From Candidatus Methylomirabilota bacterium (GTDB taxonomy: Bacteria > Methylomirabilota > Methylomirabilia > Rokubacteriales > CSP1-6), in the NCBI GenBank assembly GCA_046726415.1, contig JBKPAK010000096.1:27523-91522 (forward strand): a stretch of DNA of 64,000 nucleotides, read 5' to 3'. A program made the translations under genes and the position numbers. Below are positions 46,656 through 56,031 of this stretch, piece by piece. How positions within the stretch are numbered: position 1 is the first letter of the stretch; every line of letters starts with the position of its first letter. The notes beneath the pieces are model-generated. The model was not told the origin of the DNA. It saw only the letters and a list, made by a program, of their open reading frames with translations, and did not search any database.

Positions 46656-47561
46656 GTGGACGCCTCCGTCGAGCTGGTCCGGCATCTCACCGAATGCGTC
46701 GTCAATGTCCAGGCAACGGTCGCCCGCGACCACAGGTCGGTGCCGATCCTGGGCACCGAGCGGATGGGGAGCGGGGTGGTGGTCGATCCGGGCGGCCTCA
46801 TCCTCACCGTCAACTACGTCATCATGGGCGGACACACGGTCCAGGTGTCGTTTCTGCGCGGGCGGCGAGTGCGGGCGGAGATTGTGGCCCAGGACTTCGA
46901 GGTGGGCTTGGCCCTCCTGCGCATCAAGCGGCAGGGGCTCACGTCGGCGCCGCTCCGGCCGGAGCGCGATCTGGAGCGCGGCGATCCGGTGGTGGCCATT
47001 GGAGCCACCGGAACCCAGGAGAGAAGAGTGGCGGGGGGCCTGGTCACCTATCTGGGGGAGTTCGAGGCGCACTGGGAGTACCTGCTCGAGAAGGGCATCA
47101 TCTCCAACGCGCCCAACCCGGGCTTCGGTGGCGGCGGGCTGTTCACCCTGTCAGGCCGCCTGGTCGGCATCGTCTCCCTGAACCTGAACGAGCTGATCCG
47201 GAACTCGCTCTCGATTCCGGCCGAGCACTATCACGAGCATGAGCGAGAACTACTTCGCTTCGGACGCGTGGTGAGTCGACCGCCGCGCGCCTGGCTGGGT
47301 GTGTTCGCCCACGCCATCGAGGAGGGCATCGTGGTGGTCGGGGTGGTGCCCGACGGACCCGGCGATCGCGGCGGACTGCGCGAGGGCGACCTCATCGTCT
47401 CACTCAACGCCGAGAAGCTGGACAGCCGACGCGATCTCTACCTCTCGTTGTGGCGCCATGCGCCGGGAGACCATCTGACCCTCGAAGTCATGCGAGAGAG
47501 CGTTCTCCGTCGCGTCCAGGTGACTGGGGGTGACCGGGGGGATTTTTTCCGCCAGCCCTGA
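46656..47561 (+). CDS. HtrA-like trypsin + PDZ protein with degenerate catalytic triad
   Basis: GSGVVV, LTVNYVI (His position is Tyr), NPGFGGG (Ser position is Gly) and a PDZ domain (AWLGV..GDLIV). Confidence 0.82.
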   Translation: MDASVELVRHLTECVVNVQATVARDHRSVPILGTERMGSGVVVDPGGLILTVNYVIMGGHTVQVSFLRGRRVRAEIVAQDFEVGLALLRIKRQGLTSAPLRPERDLERGDPVVAIGATGTQERRVAGGLVTYLGEFEAHWEYLLEKGIISNAPNPGFGGGGLFTLSGRLVGIVSLNLNELIRNSLSIPAEHYHEHERELLRFGRVVSRPPRAWLGVFAHAIEEGIVVVGVVPDGPGDRGGLREGDLIVSLNAEKLDSRRDLYLSLWRHAPGDHLTLEVMRESVLRRVQVTGGDRGDFFRQP

Positions 47562-47583
47562 CGGCCGGGGAAGCGGGACGCCC

Positions 47584-47967
47584 GTGGATCTCGGATTGAA
47601 GGGGAGTCGCGCTGGTGATGGCAGCCAGCAAGGGGATGGGCGAGGCATGCGCGTTGGGACTGGCCGCTGAGGGGCTCACGTCGTCATGGGCGCGCCCTGT
47701 CGGAGGAACTCGGCCGCGAAACATCACTATCCAAAACGCGCTGTGTCCAGGCACGATCATGACTGACCGCTTTCTCGGCGGCGCCGCCCGGGCCGGACTC
47801 CCACCCGACGAGTATGCGCGGCGCGCGGACGCCGACGGTCCCCTGCAGCGGATCGGCACTCCAGAGGAGTTCGCTAATGTGGCCGTCTTCCTCGCCTCCG
47901 AGCCGCGTGGCACGTCACCGGGATGGCGCTCTCGATCGACGGGAGGCTCGTGCGCGCCAACGTGTAG
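47584..47967 (+). pseudogene. Collapsed SDR oxidoreductase
   Basis: VDLGLKG, AASKGMG, NALCPG, RIGTPEEFA and VTGMALSIDG blocks with frameshifts; the central part including YxxxK is missing. Confidence 0.8.
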
Positions 47968-47976
47968 CCGACGGCC

Positions 47977-48777
47977 GTGCTGAGGGACATCCGCGGCGCC
48001 TTCTCCCGCTTTCTCGCCGCCGACGGCTTTTTCCTCAGCGCCGGTCTGGCCTTCTTTTTCCTGGTCACCCTCATCCCGCTGGTGCTCATCGGCGTGTCGA
48101 TGGTGGGGTTCGTCCTCTCCAGCCGGCAGGCCGAGGAAGTGGTCATCGGCCAGCTCGCTCGCAATTTCCCGGTGTACAAGCGGGAGATCGCGCTGACCTT
48201 GCGGCGCATTGTGGAGACGCGCCGAGTTTCCGGCGCGCTCGGCATGGTCACCTTGCTCTTCTTCGCCACGCCGCTGTTCTCGGCGTCCCGCCTGGTCCTC
48301 GATCGCATCATCGGGGTGCGCGGTGGCGGGAGCTTCCTCCGCCGCGTCTTCGTCGACATGGGGCTCGTGCTCGCGCTGTGCGTGCTCCTCTTCCTGGCCA
48401 CAGTGGTGACGTGGATCTATCAATGGTTGCTCGTGTTCGTTCTGCAGCCGGCCGGGATGCCGACCGACTGGATGAATGCCGCCAGCACCGCGCTCAGCGT
48501 GGCCTTCGCGGTCGGCCTGTTCTATCTCGCCTACCGCTATGTGCCCCATCACCGCATCCGACCACGCGCGGCCTTCATCGGCGCGCTCAGCGGCGCTCTC
48601 CTCTGGGAAGTGGCCAAGCAGCTCTTCCGGCTCTATATCCGCGGGGTCGGCGTGTACGACCAGATCTACGGCACCCTGGGCGTGCTGGTGGCGTGCGTGA
48701 TGTTCGTATACTACTCGGCCATCGTCTTCACCTTCGGCGGCGCGTACGCGGCCGCGCTCGACAGCCGCCGGCGATAG
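47977..48777 (+). CDS. YihY/virulence factor BrkB family membrane protein
   Basis: SAGLAFF, YRYVP, LWEVAK and IYGTLG. Confidence 0.88.
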   Translation: MLRDIRGAFSRFLAADGFFLSAGLAFFFLVTLIPLVLIGVSMVGFVLSSRQAEEVVIGQLARNFPVYKREIALTLRRIVETRRVSGALGMVTLLFFATPLFSASRLVLDRIIGVRGGGSFLRRVFVDMGLVLALCVLLFLATVVTWIYQWLLVFVLQPAGMPTDWMNAASTALSVAFAVGLFYLAYRYVPHHRIRPRAAFIGALSGALLWEVAKQLFRLYIRGVGVYDQIYGTLGVLVACVMFVYYSAIVFTFGGAYAAALDSRRR

Positions 48778-48948
48778 TCGCCTGAATTGCGTCGGGGAGG
48801 ACACCGCTCCTCCCGGCGGCCCGACCGGACGGCGGGTGCTCGTTGGCGTGAGCAGCGGCGAATCCGCCGGACTGGCCGTACGGCTGCCTCCGGGAGGGAG
48901 TGTGCTAAGGTGGCGGGCGCTTCGCATCAACGTCGGGGGGATCTCTCC

Positions 48949-49860
48949 ATGATGCTGAAGGGCAAGGTGGCGGTAGTCACCGGAGCGGGCCGAGGGATCG
49001 GGCGCGAGATCGCGTTGCTCATGGCGCGTCAGGGCGCCCGCGTGGTCGTCAACGACTACGGCGGCACGGCGGCGGGACTCGATGCCTCCACCACGCCGGC
49101 CGATGAGGTGGTCGCCGAAATCGGGGCGGCCAGCGGGCAGGGGGTTCCCAACTATGATTCTGTGGCCAGCATGGAGGGAGGTCGGCGCATTGTGCAGATG
49201 GCGCTGGATGCCTTCGGCCGGGTCGACATTCTGGTGAACAATGCCGGCATCCTCCGCGACCGCATGATCTTCAATATGAGCGAGGAGGAGTGGGACTCCG
49301 TCATCGACACGCATCTCAAAGGCAGTTTCGCGGTCACCCGCGCGGCGACCCCGCACATGCGCGAGCAGAGGTCGGGACGCATCATCAACATGACGTCCAC
49401 CTCCGGACTGGTCGGCAACATCGGCCAGGCCAACTACGCGGCGGCCAAGCTCGGCATCGTGGGACTGACCAAGGCCACCGCGCTCGACATGGCCCGGTAC
49501 AACGTCACCGCCAACTGCATCTCGCCGTTCGCGTGGACGCGTATGATCGGCACCATTCCCACCGAGACGGAGACGGAGCGCGTGCGGGTGGAGAAGATCA
49601 AGAAGATGTCGCCCGCTCACATCGCGCCGGTGGCCGCCTGGCTGGCCAGCGATGCCGCCAAGGACGTGTCCGGCCAGGTGTTTGGGGTGCGCGGCAAGGA
49701 GATCATGCTGTTCGGTCACATGCGCCCGCTCCTCCGAATCCACCACCACGAGGGCTGGACGGTGGAGCGGCTGGCCGAGATCGTTCCCGGCACGCTCCAG
49801 CATCACTTCGTCCCGCTGGAGACATCTGCGCAGTACTTCAACTACGACCCCTTGGTCTGA
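48949..49860 (+). CDS. SDR oxidoreductase (hydroxyacyl-CoA dehydrogenase-like)
   Basis: TGAGRGIG, VVVND, NNAGILRD and GQANYAAAK. Confidence 0.92.
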   Translation: MMLKGKVAVVTGAGRGIGREIALLMARQGARVVVNDYGGTAAGLDASTTPADEVVAEIGAASGQGVPNYDSVASMEGGRRIVQMALDAFGRVDILVNNAGILRDRMIFNMSEEEWDSVIDTHLKGSFAVTRAATPHMREQRSGRIINMTSTSGLVGNIGQANYAAAKLGIVGLTKATALDMARYNVTANCISPFAWTRMIGTIPTETETERVRVEKIKKMSPAHIAPVAAWLASDAAKDVSGQVFGVRGKEIMLFGHMRPLLRIHHHEGWTVERLAEIVPGTLQHHFVPLETSAQYFNYDPLV

Positions 49861-51830
49861 CTCGCAGCACGCGAGGCGCGCCACCGCGCGCCCAGCCAGG
49901 CCAACCACACCAGGGCGCCCACACCGGAGACCGCAAGCCCAGTCTTCTCCGCCCACGCCGGCCGGTAGGTGAGCTCGACCGGGCGCTCGGCGACGGCCAG
50001 CCTCACCTCCAGCTCACCCAGCCGTCCCTCACGAGTGGCCAGCGCCCGGCCGCCCTGCGCGGCCCGCCAGAGCGGATAGTAGGCGATGCGGGCCGATGTC
50101 CACTCTCCCGGTTGGCCCGCGAGCGTCACTCGCCACTGCCCCGGTGACTGCTGACGCGCCACCGGTGGCGGCACGCGGCGCACGTAGAGCAGGAAGGGCG
50201 GCGAGGGGGCGTACGGCTCGAACTGGGAGTTGGCCGTCATGGCGTCCCGCGCCGCGAGGTCTTCGTCGAAGACCACGACGGCGGAGATTCCCAGGCGATC
50301 CGCGATGTCGTTGAAAGTCGCCGCGTCGAGATTCGCGAAGCGGCGGCCGAACAGCTGATGTCCGTCGAGCTGCTCGGCCAGCGCCGTGATCGCGCCTCGA
50401 CCTGCATCGCCGCGGTACAGGAACGCGGCGATGGGCGAGGGATGAGTGAAGGTTCCGTGAATGATCGAGCGGCCGGAGGCGAGCGGCGCCAGAGCCAGGA
50501 CGTGACTGTGCGGGCGATACCACGCGGTGCCGTAGGCCAGAGGGACGCTGGAGCGGGTGATGAGAATGTGGCCGTCTGGTGTGCTGCCGAGAATCGCCCA
50601 CAGCGCCTCGAGTCGGAAGCCGCGCTCGAGGACGTCGTAGGTTGGCCAGTCGCCACGATTGGGCCACAACGTCAAGGTCCGGCCCGGCCACGCGAGCAGG
50701 ATCAGGAGGACGACCACAGCGAGGGCGGCCAGGGGGGCAGGCACCCCTCGCGCGACCGCTTGCCGATCGATCAGTTGAGCGGCCCCGATTCCCGCGGCGA
50801 GCACGAGGGCCATCCACCCGCCGTCGGCGATCCGGTCGGCGGGAAGCCAGCGGAGTCCCAGGGGTTCGACGATGAGCGCGTCGGCCGCGATGGCCAGCGC
50901 CATGAGCCACGGCACACGCGCGACAACGGCAGCGGTGCGAGGACTGGGGCCCGCGTCAGGGCGGCAGGCAAGCACGGCCAAGGCGATGAGGGTCAGGGGG
51001 AGTGGGCGGGCGAGTGCGGACCCCGCCCCCTCGATCAGGGTGCCCCAGGCCAGAGCCCGTGCGTGTCCGAGGTGCGCGATGAGCGGCAGGCACCAGAAGC
51101 CGATCAACGCCGCGGAGAGACCGAGAACCAGCCACGCGGCTCGCACCCGCGCCCCGCGATGCTCGTGTCCCTCGAGGGCCGCCGCGAAGACGATGACGAC
51201 GGCGGTCGGAAGGTGGGCCGGGTGTGTGATCGCCAGCGCGGCGATCAGCAGGGGCACGGGCGGAGGGGCGGCACGGTCACGCTCGATCCAGCGCGCGAGG
51301 GTCAGAAACAGGAGCGGGATGAGGGCCCAACCGAGGCGCGCCGCCACCATTCCCCAGCGAACGCCGGCTTCGACGCCGCTGGGCACTCCGGCGGACAGGG
51401 TCAGCGCGACGAACGCGCCCGGAAGAGCGTACCAGCCGTTGCCCGTCACGCGGGCGAGGAGCGCGAACGCCGTCACGCCCGGCGCGAGATACGCGATCCA
51501 CAGGAAGGTCTGGTATGCCACGGGAACAGACGCGAGACCCGACGAAATATGGTGCATCGCCGCGGCCGCGTAGGCGAAGCCCGGCGGGTAGAACTGCAAC
51601 TCCGGGTATCCTGCCCACCAGCCGGCATTCCACGCCCAGGGGGTGAACCCGTTTCGCACCACATGCCACACGCGATAGAGCTGCCCGGGATGGTCGTCGA
51701 AGGCCAAGGGGGACGACAGGCCGAGGGCGACCGCGGCAAAGGCGATGGCGTAGGCGAGCAGCAGGGCCAGAGGCGCCAGGACCGCGGCGCGCGCAGCCCA
51801 GGTGTGACCGACGAGAGTCCGGTGTCGCAT
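49842..51830 (-). CDS. Polytopic membrane protein, GT-C/YfhO-like glycosyltransferase candidate
   Basis: TM1 followed by DDHP..W..GWWAGYPELQFYPP, many TM segments, and C-terminal YYPLWRA..VELTYR. Confidence 0.6.
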   Translation of the reverse strand: MRHRTLVGHTWAARAAVLAPLALLLAYAIAFAAVALGLSSPLAFDDHPGQLYRVWHVVRNGFTPWAWNAGWWAGYPELQFYPPGFAYAAAAMHHISSGLASVPVAYQTFLWIAYLAPGVTAFALLARVTGNGWYALPGAFVALTLSAGVPSGVEAGVRWGMVAARLGWALIPLLFLTLARWIERDRAAPPPVPLLIAALAITHPAHLPTAVVIVFAAALEGHEHRGARVRAAWLVLGLSAALIGFWCLPLIAHLGHARALAWGTLIEGAGSALARPLPLTLIALAVLACRPDAGPSPRTAAVVARVPWLMALAIAADALIVEPLGLRWLPADRIADGGWMALVLAAGIGAAQLIDRQAVARGVPAPLAALAVVVLLILLAWPGRTLTLWPNRGDWPTYDVLERGFRLEALWAILGSTPDGHILITRSSVPLAYGTAWYRPHSHVLALAPLASGRSIIHGTFTHPSPIAAFLYRGDAGRGAITALAEQLDGHQLFGRRFANLDAATFNDIADRLGISAVVVFDEDLAARDAMTANSQFEPYAPSPPFLLYVRRVPPPVARQQSPGQWRVTLAGQPGEWTSARIAYYPLWRAAQGGRALATREGRLGELEVRLAVAERPVELTYRPAWAEKTGLAVSGVGALVWLAWLGARWRASRAASQTKGS

Positions 51831-51937
51831 TGACTTGGCGCGAGGTTCGATGGTAAGTAGCGACAATATCGTGCTGTCGGTGCTGTGCCAAATTCGGGGC
51901 TCAAATCCCCTACCGATGGAGACGAGGAGGAATGCTG

Positions 51938-52216
51938 ATGCCCGTGCTCGTGCGTATTCCCACGCCGCTCCGCACTCTCACCGGAGGAAACGCCGAGGTC
52001 CATGCTAAGGGCGATACGGTGACCGACTTGGTCGACGATCTCGCCCGGCAGTTTCCCGGCCTGAGGGAGCGGCTCGTCGACGACCATGGAGCGATCCGAC
52101 GGTTCATCAACGTCTACCTCAACGAGGAGGACATTCGATTCCTTCAGGGTGCAGATACGACCCTGAAAGACGGCGACCAGGTCTCGATCGTGCCCGCCAT
52201 CGCGGGAGGTTGCTGA
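51938..52216 (+). CDS. MoaD/CysO-family ubiquitin-like sulfur carrier
   Basis: VRIPTPLR, FINVYLNEEDIR and PAIAGGC; GAGGAGG RBS (alternative start 51932). Confidence 0.9.
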   Translation: MPVLVRIPTPLRTLTGGNAEVHAKGDTVTDLVDDLARQFPGLRERLVDDHGAIRRFINVYLNEEDIRFLQGADTTLKDGDQVSIVPAIAGGC

Positions 52217-52310
52217 CCTCCAGCCGGGCCATCGCTCGCTGACGGGGCGGGCGATCACTCCCCGAGATCGCGCCGCCTCCATCTGGCAGGCGGCCCTGAC
52301 GGCCGGCGCC

Positions 52311-53561
52311 GTGGCCCCTCTGATGCGGACAGCTCTTCGGCGCCGCGGTGCCGTCCTCCAGTGCGCTGATCGATGTCTCGATCTCGACCGCGTCGATCGC
52401 ATCTTTGTCCTGGGTTGCGGCAAGGCGGGCGCGGCCATGGCGCAGGTGGTGGAGGAAATCCTCGGTGACCGAATCAGCGCCGGTCTGGTTGTCGTCAAGG
52501 ACGGTCACCTGGCGCCCACGCGAATCGTCTCCATCGTAGAGGCAGGGCACCCCGTGCCTGATGCCCGCGGTGAGCGGGCCGCTGGCGGGCTGCTGGCGCT
52601 GGCCACGAGCGCGGGAGAGCGCGACCTCGTGCTCTTGTTGGTCTCGGGAGGAGGCTCAGCACTCACTCCGGCTCCCGCTTCGCCGGTGACGCTGGCCGAG
52701 AAGCAGGCGGTGACGAGGGCTCTGTTGGAAGCGGGCGCCACGATCGGAGAGCTGAATGCCGTGCGCAAGCACCTCTCGCGCTTGAAGGGAGGACAGCTGG
52801 CCCGGACCGCGGCACCGGCGGCCGTTCTAACGCTCGTGCTCTCGGACGTGATCGGAGATCCGCTGGACGTCATCGCCTCCGGTCCCACCGCGCCGGACCC
52901 GACGACGTTTGGACGGGCCCTGGACGTCCTTCGCGAGCGAGGCGTCCTGGCGGCCGCGCCGGCGACGGTGCGCGAACGACTGACGGCGGGAGCCCGGGGC
53001 GCCATCGCGGAAACGCCAAAGCCGGGTGATCCGCTGTTCAGACGGGTGGCCAACGCTGTCATCGGCAACAACGCGCTGATCGCCACGGCCGCGGTGGAGC
53101 GGGCACGGGCGCTTGGCTATCGCCCGCAGCTCCTGACGCGCGAGCTCCAGGGTGAGGCCCGCAGTGTCGCTCGCCAGCTCGTGGAGCTGGCGAGGTCGCT
53201 TCCCCCTCCCGCGTGCGTGATCGCCAGCGGCGAGACGACGGTCACCGTGCGCGGCCGCGGTCGAGGCGGGCGCTGTCAGGAGTTCGCCCTGGCGGCGGCG
53301 CTCCTCGTCGAGAGTGAGCCGGGGATCACCGTGCTGGCCGCGGGCACCGACGGTACCGATGGTCCGACTGACGCCGCCGGCGCCATCGTCGACGGCTCGA
53401 CTGTCGAGCGCGCCCGTCGAGCCGGCCTCGACGCCAGAGTCGCGCTCGACGACAATGACGCCTACCACGTGCTGCGCGCGACCGGCGATCTCATCGTCTC
53501 CGGGCCCACCAACACGAACCTGCTCGATCTCTACGCGGTGCTGCGCGACGCTGCACGCTGA
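52311..53561 (+). CDS. Glycerate 2-kinase (MOFRL/TtuD family)
   Basis: GKAGAAM, GHPVPD, SGGGSAL, SDVIGD, GETTV, GTDGTDG and TNTN; the true start may lie about 70 nt upstream (e.g. CTG 52239). Confidence 0.88.
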   Translation: MAPLMRTALRRRGAVLQCADRCLDLDRVDRIFVLGCGKAGAAMAQVVEEILGDRISAGLVVVKDGHLAPTRIVSIVEAGHPVPDARGERAAGGLLALATSAGERDLVLLLVSGGGSALTPAPASPVTLAEKQAVTRALLEAGATIGELNAVRKHLSRLKGGQLARTAAPAAVLTLVLSDVIGDPLDVIASGPTAPDPTTFGRALDVLRERGVLAAAPATVRERLTAGARGAIAETPKPGDPLFRRVANAVIGNNALIATAAVERARALGYRPQLLTRELQGEARSVARQLVELARSLPPPACVIASGETTVTVRGRGRGGRCQEFALAAALLVESEPGITVLAAGTDGTDGPTDAAGAIVDGSTVERARRAGLDARVALDDNDAYHVLRATGDLIVSGPTNTNLLDLYAVLRDAAR

Positions 53562-53686
53562 ATGAGCGAACCGCTCTAAGTGATCGAAAACGCGGGAGCG
53601 CTCCCCACTTCCACACATTCTTATCCACGGGCCGAACACAATTTCGGTGGAAAACCCGCCGCCGAGCGCCGTGCTATTCTGACGCC

Positions 53687-54724
53687 GTGTGGTCGGTCGA
53701 TCTCCTCGGTCTCCTCCCTTCCGAACTTGAGAGCCTGGTCGTCGAGCTGGGGCACTCGCCGTTTCGCGGTCGACAGCTCGCGCGGTGGATGTATCGGAAG
53801 GGCGTGGTCGATCTCGCCGCGATGACCGATCTCCCGAAAGAGTTCCGGATCGAACTCGCCGACCGCGCGACCGTCGCGCCGCCGCAGATCGAGCGCACGA
53901 CCTCGTCTCTGGACGGCAGCCGCAAGCTCGTCCTTCGTTTGTCGGACGAGGCCCTCATCAGTGCCGTTCTGATGCCGGACGACGATCGGCTTACGCTGTG
54001 CCTGTCCACCCAGGTGGGCTGCGGGTTCCGGTGCGCCTTCTGTCTGACCGGGACGATGGGCGTTGAGCGGAATCTGACCGCTGGTGAAATCGTGGGACAG
54101 CTCCTCGTGGCCAACTCGCTGGCGCCGGCCGACCAGCGGGTGACCCACATGGTCTTCATGGGAATGGGCGAGCCGCTTGCGAATCTCGGCTCAGTGGTCA
54201 AGGCGATCCGGATCTTCACAGATCCGCGGCTGGGATTCGGCTATTCGCCCCGCCGGATCACCGTCTCGACGGTCGGACTGGTAAGTGGGATCGACAAGTT
54301 GGGAAGCGAGCGCCTTGGTGTCAATCTAGCCATCTCGCTGCACGCCGCGCGCGACGAGGTCCGTTCGCGGCTCATGCCCGTGAACAAAGCCTGGAGCTTA
54401 GGGGCTCTCATGAGCGCCGTGCGCCGGTATCCGCTCGCCGCGCGGCAGCAGGTGTTCTTCGAGTATGTGTTGCTGGACGGCGTCAACGATGCTGTGGAGG
54501 ATGCCGATCGCCTGGCGCAACTGCTGCGCGGCGTTCCCGCTAAAGTGAACCTGATTCCCTTCAACGACTGGGCGGGCTCCGGCTTTCGGCGGCCGCCGCT
54601 GGCCCGCATCCTCGCGTTTCAGTCGGTACTCCTGAAAGTCGGCGTTACCACGACCGTGCGCTGGAGCAAGGGAGAGGACATCGGCGCGGCGTGCGGCCAG
54701 TTGCGCGAAGCCGTCCCAGCCTGA
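53687..54724 (+). CDS. rlmN: Dual-specificity RNA methyltransferase RlmN
   Basis: STQVGCGFRCAFC, MGMGEP, SLHA and AACGQL. Confidence 0.95.
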   Translation: MWSVDLLGLLPSELESLVVELGHSPFRGRQLARWMYRKGVVDLAAMTDLPKEFRIELADRATVAPPQIERTTSSLDGSRKLVLRLSDEALISAVLMPDDDRLTLCLSTQVGCGFRCAFCLTGTMGVERNLTAGEIVGQLLVANSLAPADQRVTHMVFMGMGEPLANLGSVVKAIRIFTDPRLGFGYSPRRITVSTVGLVSGIDKLGSERLGVNLAISLHAARDEVRSRLMPVNKAWSLGALMSAVRRYPLAARQQVFFEYVLLDGVNDAVEDADRLAQLLRGVPAKVNLIPFNDWAGSGFRRPPLARILAFQSVLLKVGVTTTVRWSKGEDIGAACGQLREAVPA

Positions 54725-56031
54725 TGCCGACCGTCGCCTTTGCCACCCTCGGCTGCCGGCTGAACCAGGTCGACACGCAGTCCCTTCAGGGGGCCCTGGA
54801 GGCCAGCGGCTTTCGCGCGGTCTCCGACGCCGAGGCGGCCGATGTCGTCGTGGTCAACACGTGCACGGTTACCGCCCGGGCCGAGGCGTCCGATCGCCAG
54901 ATGATTCGACGACTGGCCCGCGCCCACCCGAAGGCGCGCCTCGTGGTGACGGGGTGTTGGGCTCAGACTGATCCGGAACGGGTGGCGGCGATGGCCGACG
55001 TGGACCTGGTCGTCGGCAACAGCGACAAGCACCGGCTGCCGGACCTCCTGCAGCTGCTGCTCACTGGCGGAGTGGCCGATCGGCTCCAGGTGCGGGATGT
55101 CGCTCGACTGCGGGCGATTCCCGCGATGCCTCTCGCCCGGCCGGCGGGACGCTCGCGCGCCTTCCTCAAGGTCCAGGAGGGCTGCCGGCATCGCTGCGCC
55201 TTCTGTATCGTGCCTCGGGCCCGGGGGGCGAGCCGCAGCCACGAGCTGAAGGTCGTCCTGGACCAGGCGCGCCTGCTCGCGGAATCGGGGCATCTTGAAA
55301 TCACCCTGACCGGCGTGGATCTCGGAAGCTATGGCGCTGATCTCAGGCCCCGGACATCACTCGCGGCGCTGTTGGAGGAGATGATCGGCATCCCCGGCCT
55401 TCACTGGATCCGGCTTTCGTCCGTGCTTCCCGCCTATTTCACGCCGGAGCTGCTGGACCTCGTGGCTCGCTCCCCGATCATCGCGCCTCATTTCCACATT
55501 CCCCTCCAGAGCGGCAGTGACCGCGTGTTGCGCCGGATGCGGCGTCCGTATACCGCGGCTCTGTACGCGCAACTCGTGAAGCAGCTCGCCAGATCCCGGC
55601 CCGGCCTTGGCCTTGGTGCCGACGTGATCGCGGGCCATCCCGGCGAGACCGAGGCTGATTTCGCCGACACCATGGCACTCGTGGAGGAGTTGCCCTTTTC
55701 ATACCTGCACGTTTTCCCGTACTCCGACCGACCCGGGACTGAAGCGGCACTGATGGACGGCCACGCAGACGAGCGCGTCATCCGGCGCCGAAGTCGGCGC
55801 CTGCGCGATCTCGGGCGCCGGAAGAACCGCGCCTTTCGCGAAGGCTTGGTGGGGACGGCCCAGGAGCTGCTCGTGCTGGAAACGCGCGACCCAACGGACC
55901 ACCTGGTCGGGCTCACCGGGAACTACGTCGAGGTCGCCTTCGCGGGTGACGATGCCCTGAAGCGCTCGCGGCAAATGGTCCGGATCATGGCGGTCCATGG
56001 CGATGCGACCTTGGGGGAGATGCTGAGATGA
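54724..56031 (+). CDS. mtaB: tRNA t6A37 methylthiotransferase
   Basis: TLGCRLNQ, NTCTVT, GCRHRCAFC and HVFPYS.RPGT. Confidence 0.9.
   Translation: MPTVAFATLGCRLNQVDTQSLQGALEASGFRAVSDAEAADVVVVNTCTVTARAEASDRQMIRRLARAHPKARLVVTGCWAQTDPERVAAMADVDLVVGNSDKHRLPDLLQLLLTGGVADRLQVRDVARLRAIPAMPLARPAGRSRAFLKVQEGCRHRCAFCIVPRARGASRSHELKVVLDQARLLAESGHLEITLTGVDLGSYGADLRPRTSLAALLEEMIGIPGLHWIRLSSVLPAYFTPELLDLVARSPIIAPHFHIPLQSGSDRVLRRMRRPYTAALYAQLVKQLARSRPGLGLGADVIAGHPGETEADFADTMALVEELPFSYLHVFPYSDRPGTEAALMDGHADERVIRRRSRRLRDLGRRKNRAFREGLVGTAQELLVLETRDPTDHLVGLTGNYVEVAFAGDDALKRSRQMVRIMAVHGDATLGEMLR

Noticed and set aside
47488-49956. Long antisense ORFs (822 aa here; also 7720-9441, 20704-22518 and others)
   Set aside because: They are shadows of well-supported opposite-strand genes, expected at high GC, and carry no recognisable motifs.
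52214-52256. Possible Sec read-through after MoaD-like GGC-TGA (a hairpin ATCGCTCGC...GCGGGCGAT follows)
   Set aside because: The domain is complete at GG. The read-through peptide is low-complexity, resembles no family I recognise, and overlaps the glycerate kinase start region.
53562-53686. Replication origin
   Set aside because: Only imperfect DnaA boxes, a short gap, no AT-rich unwinding element and no dnaA/dnaN nearby.
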